From: Trichosphaerium sp. ATCC 40318
Lineage: Eukaryota > Protista > Tubulinea
Reading direction: 5' to 3'
DNA length: 45,407 bases
Assembly: GCA_038496445.1 (NCBI GenBank)
Contig: JALMLS010000464.1
Span: 1-45,407 of the forward strand
The notes below the pieces were generated by a model that worked only from the letters and a program-made list of their open reading frames with translations, did not search any database and was not told where the DNA came from. A program made the position numbers and the translations under genes. Below are positions 1-12,172 of the stretch, in pieces; positions within the stretch are counted from its first letter, which is position 1, and each line of letters starts with the position of its first letter.

Positions 1-403
1 TCCGATCACAATACAGGAGTGGATTGCAAATACATTGCAGTACATCTTGAGAGCATGAACTGAATTAGGCAGTTGAGTTGTTTGTATGCTTTGGCACTCG
101 TCGAGGTGCTAGCGCCACCAAGTATGACAACAAAAAATAGGAACAAAACAGCTATGGTGGCGCAATCTTCAATTATGGGAGCAAAGCGCGTTTGTACAAT
201 AATTAAAATTGTACCGGCAGTACAAGAGTTGCATGTAAGCTTTAGATTGCTACAAACAGCTAGTTGCAATTCCATCACTGTTGTCAGAGTTCAAGTGCAA
301 TAGGCGACTACCGCCACCAAAAATGTCACAGCAAGTACAAGTAAACCGTTATTATTAAACCGCCAAACACAAACACACGCTAATAAGAGTCCTTAAAAAG
401 ACT

Positions 404-1510
404 TTACTCTGAAAACTCTTCTTCTTCCTCGAGAGGCATCTCATTGTACTCGTCTACAGCGTCTAAGTCCTCGAAATCTTCATCACCGTCTTCTTCCATA
501 GCATCACCAGGTTCCCAATCGTCGTCTACGCGAACCTTTTTCCTGCTCTTACGTGGAGGTTTGAAGAAGCCAGGATCGATCATCTCGATTTCCAAGTTAT
601 CTTGGTCGATATCTTCGTTGTCGATCATATCCCAACCTTTTGAGAGCGCAGCGATTACAGGGAAGTAATCTCTAGGGATGTGGTCGAGTTCTTCTGGAAC
701 AAAGTATCCGTGCTCGCCACGGGTTTTGTTTAAGAAAATACCATCAGCGCCATCGTTATCTGCAATGTAGAGGCCAGAACCACTATGCGTAGAAGATAAG
801 AAAAGGAGTGCTAGAAGGACGGAATTTCAAAAAGAAAACTGAAAAAAAAAAAAATTAATCGCTTTTTTGGTCGTTCGGTTTTTAGTTGTGCCGGTAAGAA
901 AATCTCTTGGAACTGGACAAAAAAAAAAGTTTTGGGTTTTTTTTACATGTGGTGTGCTAATAATCGCAAAAAAGGTAAAATTGCTCCTCAGTAGGAGTGG
1001 TGCACCTCTACGCATTGTTTTTGGATCGCAGAATTCGCTACGAAAAAACGAAAAAAAAAACTATCTCGCTACGCACCGATACTCGCTAAAGTTAACCAAA
1101 TCGCCATACTTGATTTTTCCAAGGTCGCTGGCGTGTGATGGGAAGGTATCGATTAAATATTTCAAGCGCAGGTGCATTGAAAATGCGTTCATCTCCTCGA
1201 GTGCCTGTGCCATAGCAGAGTTGCAAAATTCGAATACTTTGGCCTTTCCTTCTTCTCTAAGGGGTGGGTTTTCTTCAACTATTGGCTCTGGAGCTGGTGC
1301 TGGTTCTGGTGCCTCGGTTGGTGCTGGTGTGACTGGTGTGATGGCCTCAGTAGCCGTAGTTGTAGGTACTGAAGGAGTTTCAGAAGCAACAGGCGTAACC
1401 TCCTTTGGTTCTTCTTTGGCAATTGGTGCGTCCTCGACCTTTTGCTTTTTAGTTTCTGGTTCGGTTGGGCTTGGTTCGCCTTCCTCTCTTTCACGTTTTT
1501 TGTCCGACAT
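404..1510 (-). CDS. Hypothetical protein: Lys/Glu/Pro/Thr-rich N-terminus, small globular core, acidic C-terminus (2 exons: 1510-1077, 782-404)
   Basis: ORF 1061..1510 joins ORF 404..628 in frame through a GT-AG intron at 1076-783, giving ...KYGDLVNFSEYR|GSGLYIADNDG...EEEEFSE*. Confidence 0.7.
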
Positions 1511-3372
1511 GCTCTAATACCACTCGTGTGAGTTCGCAAAACGACTGTTGATTGGTTTTAGGGAAAAAGAAAGTAAATTTTGAAAAAAGTGTGCAGTGCT
1601 GGGTTCATCGTCGCTTTGCCGTACCTGAAATGTTATAGATCTAAAGATGTAAGGTGCGTATCGCTGTTGGGGGTAGCAAAAGAGCTGATGCTTTTGATTA
1701 AAGCGATAAGTGCGGAAATTATCCAAAGAGTCTCAAGTACGAAAAAAATAACCGTTAAGTCCAACAAAAACTCTAAAATGTAACGGTAGTATCATGGCTC
1801 CTTTCGATTTGTTACCGGAATGCTTTAAAACAGTGATTAATGGTCGCCTTAACACTAAACACGTTTATGAGGGCTTCACGTCTAGAGAGGTGTGGAAAGA
1901 AGGTAGGATAAGTGGTAAGAAAGCGATTGAGGAGCGTTTCGTTTTTGGTTATTTCAAATTTGTGCAGTTTTTTTCTATAATCGTCTACAGTAACGTGTTA
2001 AGGCCATGGGTGAATACTGGAGGAAACGGACCACTTCATCAATTCAAAAAAGGCATAAAACAATTTATGACGCTCAAACTTCAGCAATCATCAAAGCACG
2101 TTATTTTAGAGCCTCGTTTTTAAAAAAAATTCTTTGTTCGTTGGTTTTCTGGACTTTTTTCGCTGTTTGAATTCTCCTATCTACAATTTCTTCTATTGAG
2201 CTTTTGAGACGTTTTTAAACGTTTGTGGTTTGATAAACTTTTTAACCAAACAGAAGGCTTTTATGTACACTCTGAAAATGATTTATTACTTCTACGCCGG
2301 CGTATTAATACGTCTAGCTAAAACCTTCTGCTGGCAAGTTTTTGTTTTCACAATTTCTTTTTTTTTTTCAAGAGTACGCATAACAAGAATACAACCCGCG
2401 CTAAGTACGCTCTTTTGGTATCTTTCTACGTCGGCGTTTTTTTTTATATGCCAATTGCTTCCCAAATCTCCCCGTAGTACTTCTTTTATGGGTTATTCAC
2501 GCTGAAATACGCTTGCTTTGATCCTATGTAGACAACCATGTAGAGTGAGATTTGTCTTGTTCTTCTCCATTGACGTGTGATATAATTGGTGATTTAACGT
2601 AGTTTACGCGTATTTTGGAGCGTTCGTACGTCTAGCGTCATCTTACAAAGATATCACTACTGGGATGTGTATCTTCCTCCCGGTTCATCTTGTAGAACGC
2701 CGGAGGAATAACAGCGCATTAGAGCACTTTTTCGCGAAGAAGAAAATTGTTGGTGGCACCTCACAACACGTAAATACCTGGCACGTACGAGTTGAATAAA
2801 AAGCAATTTCTAGATAGTATTGTAGTTTACAGCTCTTTGAAGAAACCGTCCAACAAATTGTAGAGGTTTTTTTCTTCAGAGACCTTACACGGTTTCGTAT
2901 GACACTACAGTCAATGGGGAAAGCTTGGGTAGTCTTCTAGGCAATTAATACAATTGTAAAGCATGATCTTGGTCATTTGTAGGACGCGTAGCTGAGTTGC
3001 GCATCCCGTTACCTTATTGAAAAACTATTTCAGAATATCGTCGTATGACGATTGAATGGATTCCATTGAGTGTTGTCTTTAGACATAGCTTACTCTTTTA
3101 TGTTATAGACAATGGTGTAGAAGCAAAAGCTTCAACAGTGGTATTAAGGTACCCCTTGACGAAGCGGTAGCTACTCTGTTCTGTGGATTGTTGACAGCGA
3201 AGCAAACTTAAATTTATACGAATACAGCACAATAAGATCCATACCGCAGAACATTATTGAACTTTTGCCAAGTCTCAGACCTTTTGTAATGTGGCCATCT
3301 AAAGAAGAACCCACTTCACTTTATTTCTGAATCAGATGTAGGTAATATTAATTACAATTATTATAATCGTAT

Positions 3373-4610
3373 TTAACGAGTTAACAGTGCTATTCTCTCT
3401 TCAGTTAATGATGCCAATTCCTTTGTTGATCGTTTACTAAAAACAATGTATGTGAATATTCACAAGTGGAAAGTTATCGTTTTTTTTCTCTACCTTGATA
3501 CACATGGAGGTATGAAACCTGGATAGAATAAAGGAATATGTCTGCTTATTGGAAATGTAGTATATGGTGTTTGAGTGCCTACAGTTTTGAGTAAAACAGT
3601 GAGGCCAAACAACAACTTGAAGAAAACAGCAAAAAGAGAAGGTTTTGGTACCTGTTGTTTTATCAATTGCTATCGAATCTCGTGTTCCAATGGTATCACT
3701 CCTTACTGCTAAAATTCTATCACTATCAAGCCCTGTTAGAAAGTAAATCGCGTTAATAGGAGAACCCAAATCAGTGAATGACGAAGGTTCAAGAGCACAG
3801 TTGTCTGAAGGAGGAGAAAGCAATGTTGAGGTTTCAATTGTTTGAAACACAGTATTACTTCTATCGGTAACAGCTATAGTAGTTGTTTCACCATCAACCA
3901 CCACTACGACCAAAACAAGGTTAACACAAACCCAAGAAACCTTTTTTTTTGACGTACATCCAAAAATTTGATCGAAACTGTTAGTTAATGTACATGAGTA
4001 TATTACAGATACACAGTTATTCGTGTTTGTCACATCAAGTTTGTATGTTCTTAATGCCCCAGAAAATATAGCAATGAACGTTGTATCATCAATAAACTGA
4101 CCTCCAATACCAAGAAATATATCTGAGAATTCGCCAGTGCATATTAATGTGTTGTCAATTGATTTAACTATTACTTTTAGTACGTTGTAGCGAAACAACC
4201 AGCAACAAGTATGCCTGTAAATAAGAATATTAGTGTGACAAAAAAAAAAAAAAAAGTGAAACTTGTACTTACCACAAAATCCGGCTAGAATAGGCGTAGC
4301 TGGTCCTTTATTTAACGGTGACTTCATCATCATTGCTACTGTGATAGGTACTACAGGTATCAAAGTACCACAGGCAATACCAGCTGCGGCTTGATGACCT
4401 AAGACGCGATTACAAAAACAATCGCAAAACGAAAAAAAAAAAACCGTTGTTATTTTGCTGTACCTTCTGGTAGACTAGCAACAGCATCTGCCACTGTATT
4501 CCACTAGATTCAAGCATTGCAAAAAGAATCATTGAGCCACCAAATCTCTCCCGGATATGTTTATGGTGGCTTCATCATTATCTGGCCCTGATTTCATACA
4601 GACTTAGAGT
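3373..4610 (-). pseudogene. Scrambled copy A of the secreted hypervariable-loop family
   Basis: 3' exons (KVIVKSIDNTLICTGEF...IAIDKTT|GTQTPY...ERIALLTR*) are on the minus strand. The exon is interrupted after ESSGI by a ~316-nt foreign insert (4180-4495). A deleted exon-1 fragment lies inverted on the + strand at 4540-4610. No signal-peptide exon found. Confidence 0.8.
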
Positions 4611-4932
4611 GTAGCCACTTGACTTGCTTCACAAGTGGTTGTACTGATGCAATTATTGTAGCAGTTGTACTGAGTGAATTGCACATTGTCAACAAGAGTT
4701 TGTCAGAGCTTAGGTTGCACTTAAACTTCTTATACACAAAGTCTAAGTGTTGTGGAGTGTATCACTACGCTACAGGACTTATATACGCACTCTATTTAGA
4801 GTATGGTGGAACCTTACACGATATAAGCTGTAGCACCTTTAGCCACAGCTGACAAACAACTTAACGGCCGTAACTTAGTTCTATTCATTGAACTTCACTT
4901 TAGTGTTCTTATGCAAAGTGTTAAGACGTAAC

Positions 4933-5753
4933 ATGTCGATGAATGCACGGGAAGCAGCTGTGTACCAAGCGAGTATTGCTGAACAGGTAAACGTCTTTTT
5001 AAACAGATTTACGATTATAACTCATTTTAATTTCAGTCAGAGCAGTATGAGGATATGGTAGAAGCGGTGGAAACACTTGTAGCCTTAGTAAAAGAAGATA
5101 GAAAGAAATTATCTGAAAACGAGAGAAATCTCGTTTCCGTTGCGTTTTCCAATGTTATAGCAACATTGAGGGCATCTTACCGCACAATATTTCGTTTAGA
5201 GCAGTTACGCTTTTTGTTAACCAACCCTCAATGTAATGTGGTTCTTAGGCTGGCAGATGAATCTAATGTGTATGTAGTAACAGCATACAGAAAGAAACTT
5301 GAATTTGAAATCATAGAAGCAAGCAAACGTGCTATCAAAGTATACGACACTATTCTTTCAATTAAATATCTGTACAGTCTTTACAGCGAAACTAAGTTTA
5401 TCTACACATCCATTAAAAACAAATACTATGGATATATCATTGAGGCTTCATATGGTGATGATAGAGAGGAGTATACACAACAATCTATCCAAGTATTACA
5501 AGACATTTATGATTGTATTTCAGAGTTGTATCCATGTTGTCCTCCTGTTCTTTCTTTTCTTTTGGCACAAAGCAGGAAACAATATGATCTTGGAAATAAG
5601 AATGAAGCTATTGAAATGGCACAGAAGGCTTTTGATGATGGTGTAAGTAACATTGATAGAGTAGATGAAGATACATATAAAGAAGCAACCTTAATTCTTC
5701 AATGGCTACGGGACAACATTGCTGAATGGAAAGCTGCTAATGACTTGACTTAG
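4933..5753 (+). CDS. Divergent 14-3-3-like protein
   Basis: MSMNAREAAVYQASIAEQ|SEQYEDMV (intron 4987-5036). Motifs LSENERNLVSVAF, AQKAFDDG and YKEATLILQWLRDNIAEW match the 14-3-3 family. Probable in-frame 45-nt intron near 5204-5248. Confidence 0.9.
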
Positions 5754-6401
5754 AAGTTTGGTTATTTGTATATCTATAATAAAAAAGAATGAACCTGACA
5801 GATAATACCTTTTGTAGCTGAAGTCAACAAACATTTTAGGACAAAGCGCGACATGTCAAGGTTTGTTAAAATTTCTCTTGTTATATTAGTTATGCCACAA
5901 ACATGTACTTCTTGGAGAGATTGCGGGTTTCGTAAAGCAATGCCTTAGAGTGACGTGAAATTTCCTGAGATTTTCGTAAAAAATTTGAATTCGGGCTCAT
6001 TTGAAGGCGGTTAGTCAGTTACTAATTTTGGTAGCAGGCTAAGCTAGGCTGGACAACTACTATGTACATTATATTCATACTTTGCGGATACTATACATAT
6101 GTATGTATTCTCTTGTATTGAACAAGACAGTAAATAACAACAACTAGCAAAAAACGTGGCAATGATCTAGAACCTTGACTACTGGTACGGAGTTATCTTT
6201 TTGTGCATCCACACAACGAGGACAACTTCCGGTTCAGTTTACAAGGTGGAGAGTGTACGATTGAGAAGTTCGTGGATAACCGTGATTTTGTAGTAAAATA
6301 CTAAAAACTAAACAAACTTAAGTTTAATAAACTACAACGAGGTTATGACAAGAATAATAGCAAACGAATAATAGGCGGCTATGACGTTTTGCTAGTGATT
6401 A

Positions 6402-6443
6402 ATCTGCTTCCGTGATATCAAGTGCTTTTTTTATCACTTAAGC
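6402..6443 (+). promoter_or_regulatory. Conserved upstream block of the secreted family
   Basis: ATCTGCTTCCGTGATATCAAGTGC...ATCACTTAAGC recurs upstream of copy D (~43145) and, with small changes, copy C (~32570-32610, reverse). A second block GTTCGTGGATAACCGTGAT is shared by 6268 and 43025. Confidence 0.5.
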
Positions 6444-6525
6444 AAACACAATTGTTTTGAAACCAATCACATTACACCTCTTGTTACATCACAGCGTCTC
6501 TTATTACATAAATACCTTTGATCAC

Positions 6526-7685
6526 ATGCATTTTACATCTGTACTGGTGTTATTGGCCTTAATTATATCTATTTCTTGTCGCGAAATATCTCCTGGATAT
6601 ATTTATGGTGTTGCTTCACCAACAGGTCCTGAAAATGTTGAATTATTTTATACAGACTTAGAGCTTAACAATGGTAAAATTACTCTTACGACCTTGTTTC
6701 ATACTCATATATTACAGCTCCTACTCCTTTGGGCGTGACTGCTACGTTTGATACTCCAGACACACAATTTCCAATCATAAGTAAGCCAATTTTTTGATGT
6801 GCTGTTTTTACAGGCTGATGACACTTTCTAGTACCTTCATTAGATGGCTCAATGATTCTCATGTCGAAGTCAGAAACCGATGGCACACGAAAAGTAATAG
6901 TTAAATCAATTGACAACACCTTAATATGCACTGGCGAATTCCCAGAATTTGTTGTTGCTGGTCAATTTATTGATGAAACAACAATCATTGCTTTGTCTTC
7001 TACATTTACAACAGTGCAAACATACAAACTTGATATAACAAATACAAACAACTGCGTATCTAGAATATATTCATGTGCATTTAGGAACAGTTTTGGTGTT
7101 GATTTTCTCGGGTGTACGTTTGTTACCAATATTTTCGTTCTTCTTTTTTTCTTAATAGTATTGCTAACTTTTTCGCCCATAGTGGTAGTTGATGGTGAAA
7201 CTACAACATTGGCTACATCTGAACGAGCATTTACTTTAATTCGTACTATTGATACATCAGCTTTTTTTGTTCCAGGACCTTGTACTATTGAGAGTACATC
7301 GTTTAATTTTGTTACTTCTATTTATGGTACTTATGTACTAACAAAGCTTGATGATACTAGAAATATTGGTATCAAAATAGTATCACAACCACCACGAATG
7401 TCAATAGCAATTGATAAAACAACAGGCACTTATCTTCTCTTCAATCGTTTATTGTTTATTATTTTTGGGCTTACATGATTTGTAGGCACTCAAACACCTT
7501 ATGGTACATTTCCATTGACCCTTGGTTTGCCTACGTTCTATCCTGGTTTCATAGCTACATGTGTATCAAGGTTACAAAGAAAAACTATCCACTTGTGATT
7601 CCTCGCTTACCTTGTTTTTAGCAAACGATCAGTAATGGCATTGGCATCATTAACTGAAGAGAGAATAGCACTGTTAACTCGTTAA
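6526..7685 (+). CDS. Secreted protein of unknown function, copy B (signal peptide, beta-rich, Cys-containing; 6 exons)
   Basis: Signal peptide MHFTSVLVLLALIISISC. Five short introns restore one frame ending SKRSVMALASLTEERIALLTR*. Intron 7426-7485 has a GC donor. Paralogous to 31313-32485 and 43231-44393. Confidence 0.85.
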
Positions 7686-8230
7686 ATACTACGATCATTT
7701 AGTCAATTACGCAAATTCTTTGACGTTCAATAAAAGTATTTTGTTCTTAAAGTGCAACCTAAAGTTAAAGAACTACTTATCCAATCGGTTGGAAAGACCT
7801 GGCGCTGGTCACAACTTTGGTATAAACGCTGTTAATCGTATACTGAGATATCTGCAGCCCCAAGTTGCAGTAACGTGACTTATAGTAGTTTCACTATAGT
7901 CTAAACTACAAGATGGAACTGTAAGAAATAAGAAGCACCACGTGGTCAGATAATAGCATTTCAAGGGTTGTAATTGTTGTTTTCGTATTAAGGGAAAAAA
8001 ACGTGCAAGGAGTGTATGGTTGGCATCACAAGTTAAACGAGCTTGGTTATATTTCATCCACAAATATTATGCTTTTTTGAGGTTCCCATTACCAGCCCAC
8101 CCTTTCTGCTCATTGATTGATCAATCCGTATCAGGTTTAAGTATACTTAAGTCATGAGTGGTAAGTTGATTGATTTACTTCAACCTTTTACCGTACAGCA
8201 CCGCAACACTACTTGTGCATAGTTATAATA

Positions 8231-9443
8231 ATGTCAAAAAAACGCTTAGTAACCGTAACTCAAAGGTACATACACTAAAATAAAATTATCTGTTTCGTTT
8301 GTCTATTTTGTTGTTCTAATATCAAAAAGGAGACAACCAGGCATTCTAGAACTACCTACAGAGATATTAGCTCTAATTTTGAAGCAAACAACAAAAGCAA
8401 GATTTGCGGCTTGTCAATCTTGTCATCATTTTGCATCAATCATTCACGACATCATTGGATATGAAAGTGTTGTTATTTCGACCATCGCACAAGCAAAAGC
8501 ACTCTTAAAACATGCCAGCACTCTTAAGCAAACAAAGATCAATATTGTTAGTTACTCCTCTGATATTGTCAAAGAATTTGCTGGTGTTCATACGATAAAC
8601 CTTTTTAACTGTGATATCACTGATGACAGTATTAAAGCACTATCAGGTGTTCATACTATTACCCTTCAAAGTGATCGCATTACAGATGAGGATATCAAAG
8701 CACTTGCAGGAGTACATACAATTGCTCTTAGTTGTTGTGACAGTGTTACAGATGAAGGAATCAAAGCGCTTGCTGGTGTTCATACTATAAACCTTAGAGA
8801 ATGCTTTGAAATAACAGACGAAGGTGTTAAAGCACTGGCCGGTGTTCATACAATTAATCTTGGATGGTGTATGGGTATTACAGACGAGGGCATCAAACCA
8901 CTTGCTGGTGTTCATACTATATGCCTTAAAAGCTGTGAACTTATAACAGACGAAAGTCTCAAAGTGCTGTCAGGTGTTCATACCATAGACCTTTCTGGGT
9001 GCAAACTTATTACTGATGAGGGTATCAAGGCACTTGCTGGAGTACACAGCATTACCATGAAGGAATGTGACCATGTAACCGATGAAGGTCTCAAAGCAAT
9101 TTCAGGTGTCCACACTCTAGACCTTATGTGTTGCAATATTACAGATGAGGGTATTAGGGCAATTGCTGGCGATGTTCACACGATTAGTATTTATAGGTGT
9201 GAAGGCATCACTGATGAAGGTATTAAAATGCTTTCAGGTGTCCATTCTATTGACCTTGCATGTTGTGACAGGATTACAGATGAGGGCATCAGGGCACTTT
9301 CTGGTGTGCACACCGTTAAGCTTAAATTTATGGAAGGCATCATTGATGGCAAGGAAGCTCTTTCTGGTGTCCATTCCTTATATATTTTTAATGGCAACAT
9401 CCTTTCATCTGAGGGTATCAGGGCACTTTCTGGGCGTTTTTAG
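8231..9443 (+). CDS. F-box / leucine-rich-repeat protein
   Basis: Exon 1 8231-8265, intron 8266-8329, then F-box-like GILELPTEILALILKQ...CQSCHHFASII and ~13 LRRs of consensus GVHTIxLxxCxxITDEGIKALx. Confidence 0.9.
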
Positions 9444-10561
9444 ATGTATTAGATACTGTAGCGGCACTACAAACAAAGCTGAAGACTAAGTGGTATTGCA
9501 CTCTCTATTTCCAACCACTCTGACACTACAGCTTCTATCTATCCACTATCTCATCTGACGTTGACTATTCTACAACCAACAGTGCCATCTAGTACAATAT
9601 CAAACCTGTAATGTGCTATTCTTCAATAAAGTTTATGTTTGGGTAAATTGATCCTGCAATTTTCTTAGTACATCTTGCAAGATGTGCAATTTATTTTAAT
9701 ACTAGGCATATGTAAGTAGGGGATCTAGAGCACGCAAATACATTGATGAGTAGTTTATATTTGCTCATTAAGCTCGAACATTGTTGTATGCATTAAAGCA
9801 ACAATATCTTTCAGATATTGCAACAACTTGTTCTTTTGTTGGACAAAAGAACATCCTCAAAAATACGTGTGTCAGTGACGCAAAGACAAAACAACGTTTA
9901 GGGTAAAGATGACAGAATTCTAAGGCTTAGGCCCTACAAGACCTCTTTATTCAACAAGTTAAATGCGTGCAGTGCCAGCTAGTTTTGCCATGTTACATGT
10001 AGACTTTGATAATAAATTTGTGGCACAATACATAGGGAAAGTAGCTAAAAGAACAAAATTCTAACGCTTGAGAACACCTCCCTGTTTTGCTCAATCACAA
10101 GTTGTTAACAAGAGCTCAGTGAAAACACGTGCAAAAACAACTATGAATTTAAAATGTACGAGAACATTGTTTCAATGCTTTCTACAAGATGACGTAGTAA
10201 TTGAGGTATCTCAGTACCCACTCTTCTCAATCGTAGATTTGCTTCTTTTTCAAAAAGAACAAGATATCTCACATACAGCCAAGGATATCTCAGGAAAAGT
10301 AAAATACAAGAGTAAGCGTACAGCAAGCCAACAAATGTATTAAAATTTCTAGAAAAGCTCCTTATTATACACTGGTTAATAGACGCTCAAACTCTTATTG
10401 ACGCTATTTAATCTTGCTACAAGACACTAAGAAATGTTGTTATTGATGCTAGCATTTTACTTGAAGCTCTATCTCGTTGCGCACAACTAAAATAGGTCAA
10501 TCCATTTTGTATTGCAGTATTGCCCTGTACGTTTCCAGAGATACTGTGTTATTTACTTTAG

Positions 10562-10845
10562 GCAACAAGCTGACCCAAATGAAGTATGCACTAACACATG
10601 CGCTCAGACATTAGCACCTTGTTTACAAGGCGCAAGAAATGGTGATGAAAGAGAACGTTGTTTCGATGTCTACGAAAACTGTCACGTAAATTGTCACCTG
10701 GAACAACCGAACCTCCTACTGTTGAAGATCATTGCTTCGAGTTTGCCCAACAGCATTTACAAATTACAACGATCGCGGAGACAACATATCGATTGCCTTC
10801 ACTCTTATTCAACGTGTTTTGACACTGAATGCTATGTGAGCTCTA
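10562..10845 (+). other. Cys-rich coding-like segment, possibly a degenerate exon
   Basis: After a TTTAG acceptor: QQADPNEVCTNTCAQTLAPCLQG...CFDVYENCHVNC...CLHSYSTCFDTEC. No complete gene model could be built. Confidence 0.3.
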
Positions 10846-12099
10846 ATAAAACCACATCCATCACTTTCATCACATTCATTGTCTTTTTCTCTTCCCGTTG
10901 TGTTTGGTGTAAAGATTGTACCAAACAGCATTTCAACAGGTCAAACAATTTTTGCGTATAACACAATTAGCTTAGAGCAAGTGTATTGGTTTCTATTATG
11001 GACCTGGAATATTACGATGTTATCATATTCAGCAGACAAATTACAAGACCATCCGGTATATGTCTAAAGCACGTGTTGGAGTAAGTGCTGTTGGTGCTAT
11101 TGTTGGAGCTGCTGTAAGTGCTAGTATTTTTTTCCATGTAGCATTACAACAAAACCATTGGTACTAAGCATTTACTAAGCATTCCTTAGCAGTAGCACTG
11201 CAAAAAGCTACGTTGAATTAAAAAACAACTCACCACACGATCGATACGGATATTCGTACACTCGATGTTGAAAATGTGGATGCTAACCACAGACGGCATC
11301 CATAGTATCAACACCATAAGTTTCGTGACAGATGTCCAAGATCTCAGATAAAATCATGGATAAAGGTCATCTGCCACGTACTTCATGGACATGTACTTTG
11401 CCTTAGCTGCGGTCATAAACAAGTGACAAAGCGCTATATTAGCGCCTATATCTACTATTGCATCTGTTAAAGTATCAGAACCCTCATTTATCACAATGGT
11501 TATAAACTTGTGGAAAACGCTGCTATTTTGGGAATTTTTTCGGAATAAGTTATAAGGTCACCTTGTAAATAAAGGTAATGCTTATGACTACCAGTAGAAG
11601 CCCTTAATAACGTCTACTAACACTTAAAGACAATTCATGCACGCTGTACCAACCTACAAACTAGCGAGAGCCAGTATGACTGAAAAAAAAAAAAGTGGAT
11701 TTGCACAGAGTGTTTGTACTTTAGGCAATTTTTTCTGGCACAACAAGCAACTGAAGTGTTCTCCGTTATATGGGTAGGGATCACATTTCATGCACTTGCA
11801 TTTTGCAATTACTCAATATTGTATTGAAACCGCTGAGAGTCAGTTGAAACTCTACAACCAAATGTTGATTTTGGATGTTTTTTTTTTGGATTATTTTCAG
11901 AATAGTGTTGAAGACGTCATAACTCATAACAGTAAAACTTTATCGAGTAAAACGAACTCTGAGCACTTCCTAATAGCTTATAAATACCCTCGGATATGCT
12001 CGGATCACGCCTAGGTTGTAACTATAGCCGGTAGTGTTCCTATCATTTAAATGAATTTGGAATGGGAAAAAAAAAGTAATTACTGTTATTACAAGAACT

Positions 12100-12172
12100 G
12101 GGCGCGTGGTGTAATTGGTATCACGGTCGCTTTGCATGCGACAGGTACCGGGATCGAAGCCCGGCGTGTCCA
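12100..12172 (+). tRNA. tRNA-Ala (anticodon TGC)
   Basis: 73-nt cloverleaf: acceptor GGGCGCG/CGTGTCC with G3:U70, anticodon arm GTCGC-TTTGCAT-GCGAC, T arm CCGGG-ATCGAAG-CCCGG, discriminator A, T-runs downstream. Confidence 0.95.

Noticed and set aside
1-360. Cys-containing, hydrophobic minus-strand ORF at the window edge
   Set aside because: No consistent gene model or recognisable motif.
867-1517. 216-aa plus-strand ORF
   Set aside because: It is the antisense shadow of the low-complexity minus-strand gene and runs through that gene's intron.
1794-3300. Possible multi-exon gene
   Set aside because: Candidate splice combinations gave stops and no recognisable domain.
3437-4363. 308-aa ORF as a single protein
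   Set aside because: It reads through several introns and the captured insert, so it is a chimeric artefact of pseudogene A.
6781-6835. Apparent in-frame TGA-TGA or frameshift after intron 2 of the secreted family, suggesting stop-codon reassignment
   Set aside because: Using the downstream acceptor (TTTCTAG|TA CCT in B, TTTTTAG|TA CCT in C and D) restores the frame with the standard code.
8570-9430. Regular ~66-nt repeats with variable spacers resembling a CRISPR array
   Set aside because: They are in-frame LRR coding repeats with synonymous variation, in a eukaryotic context with no cas genes.
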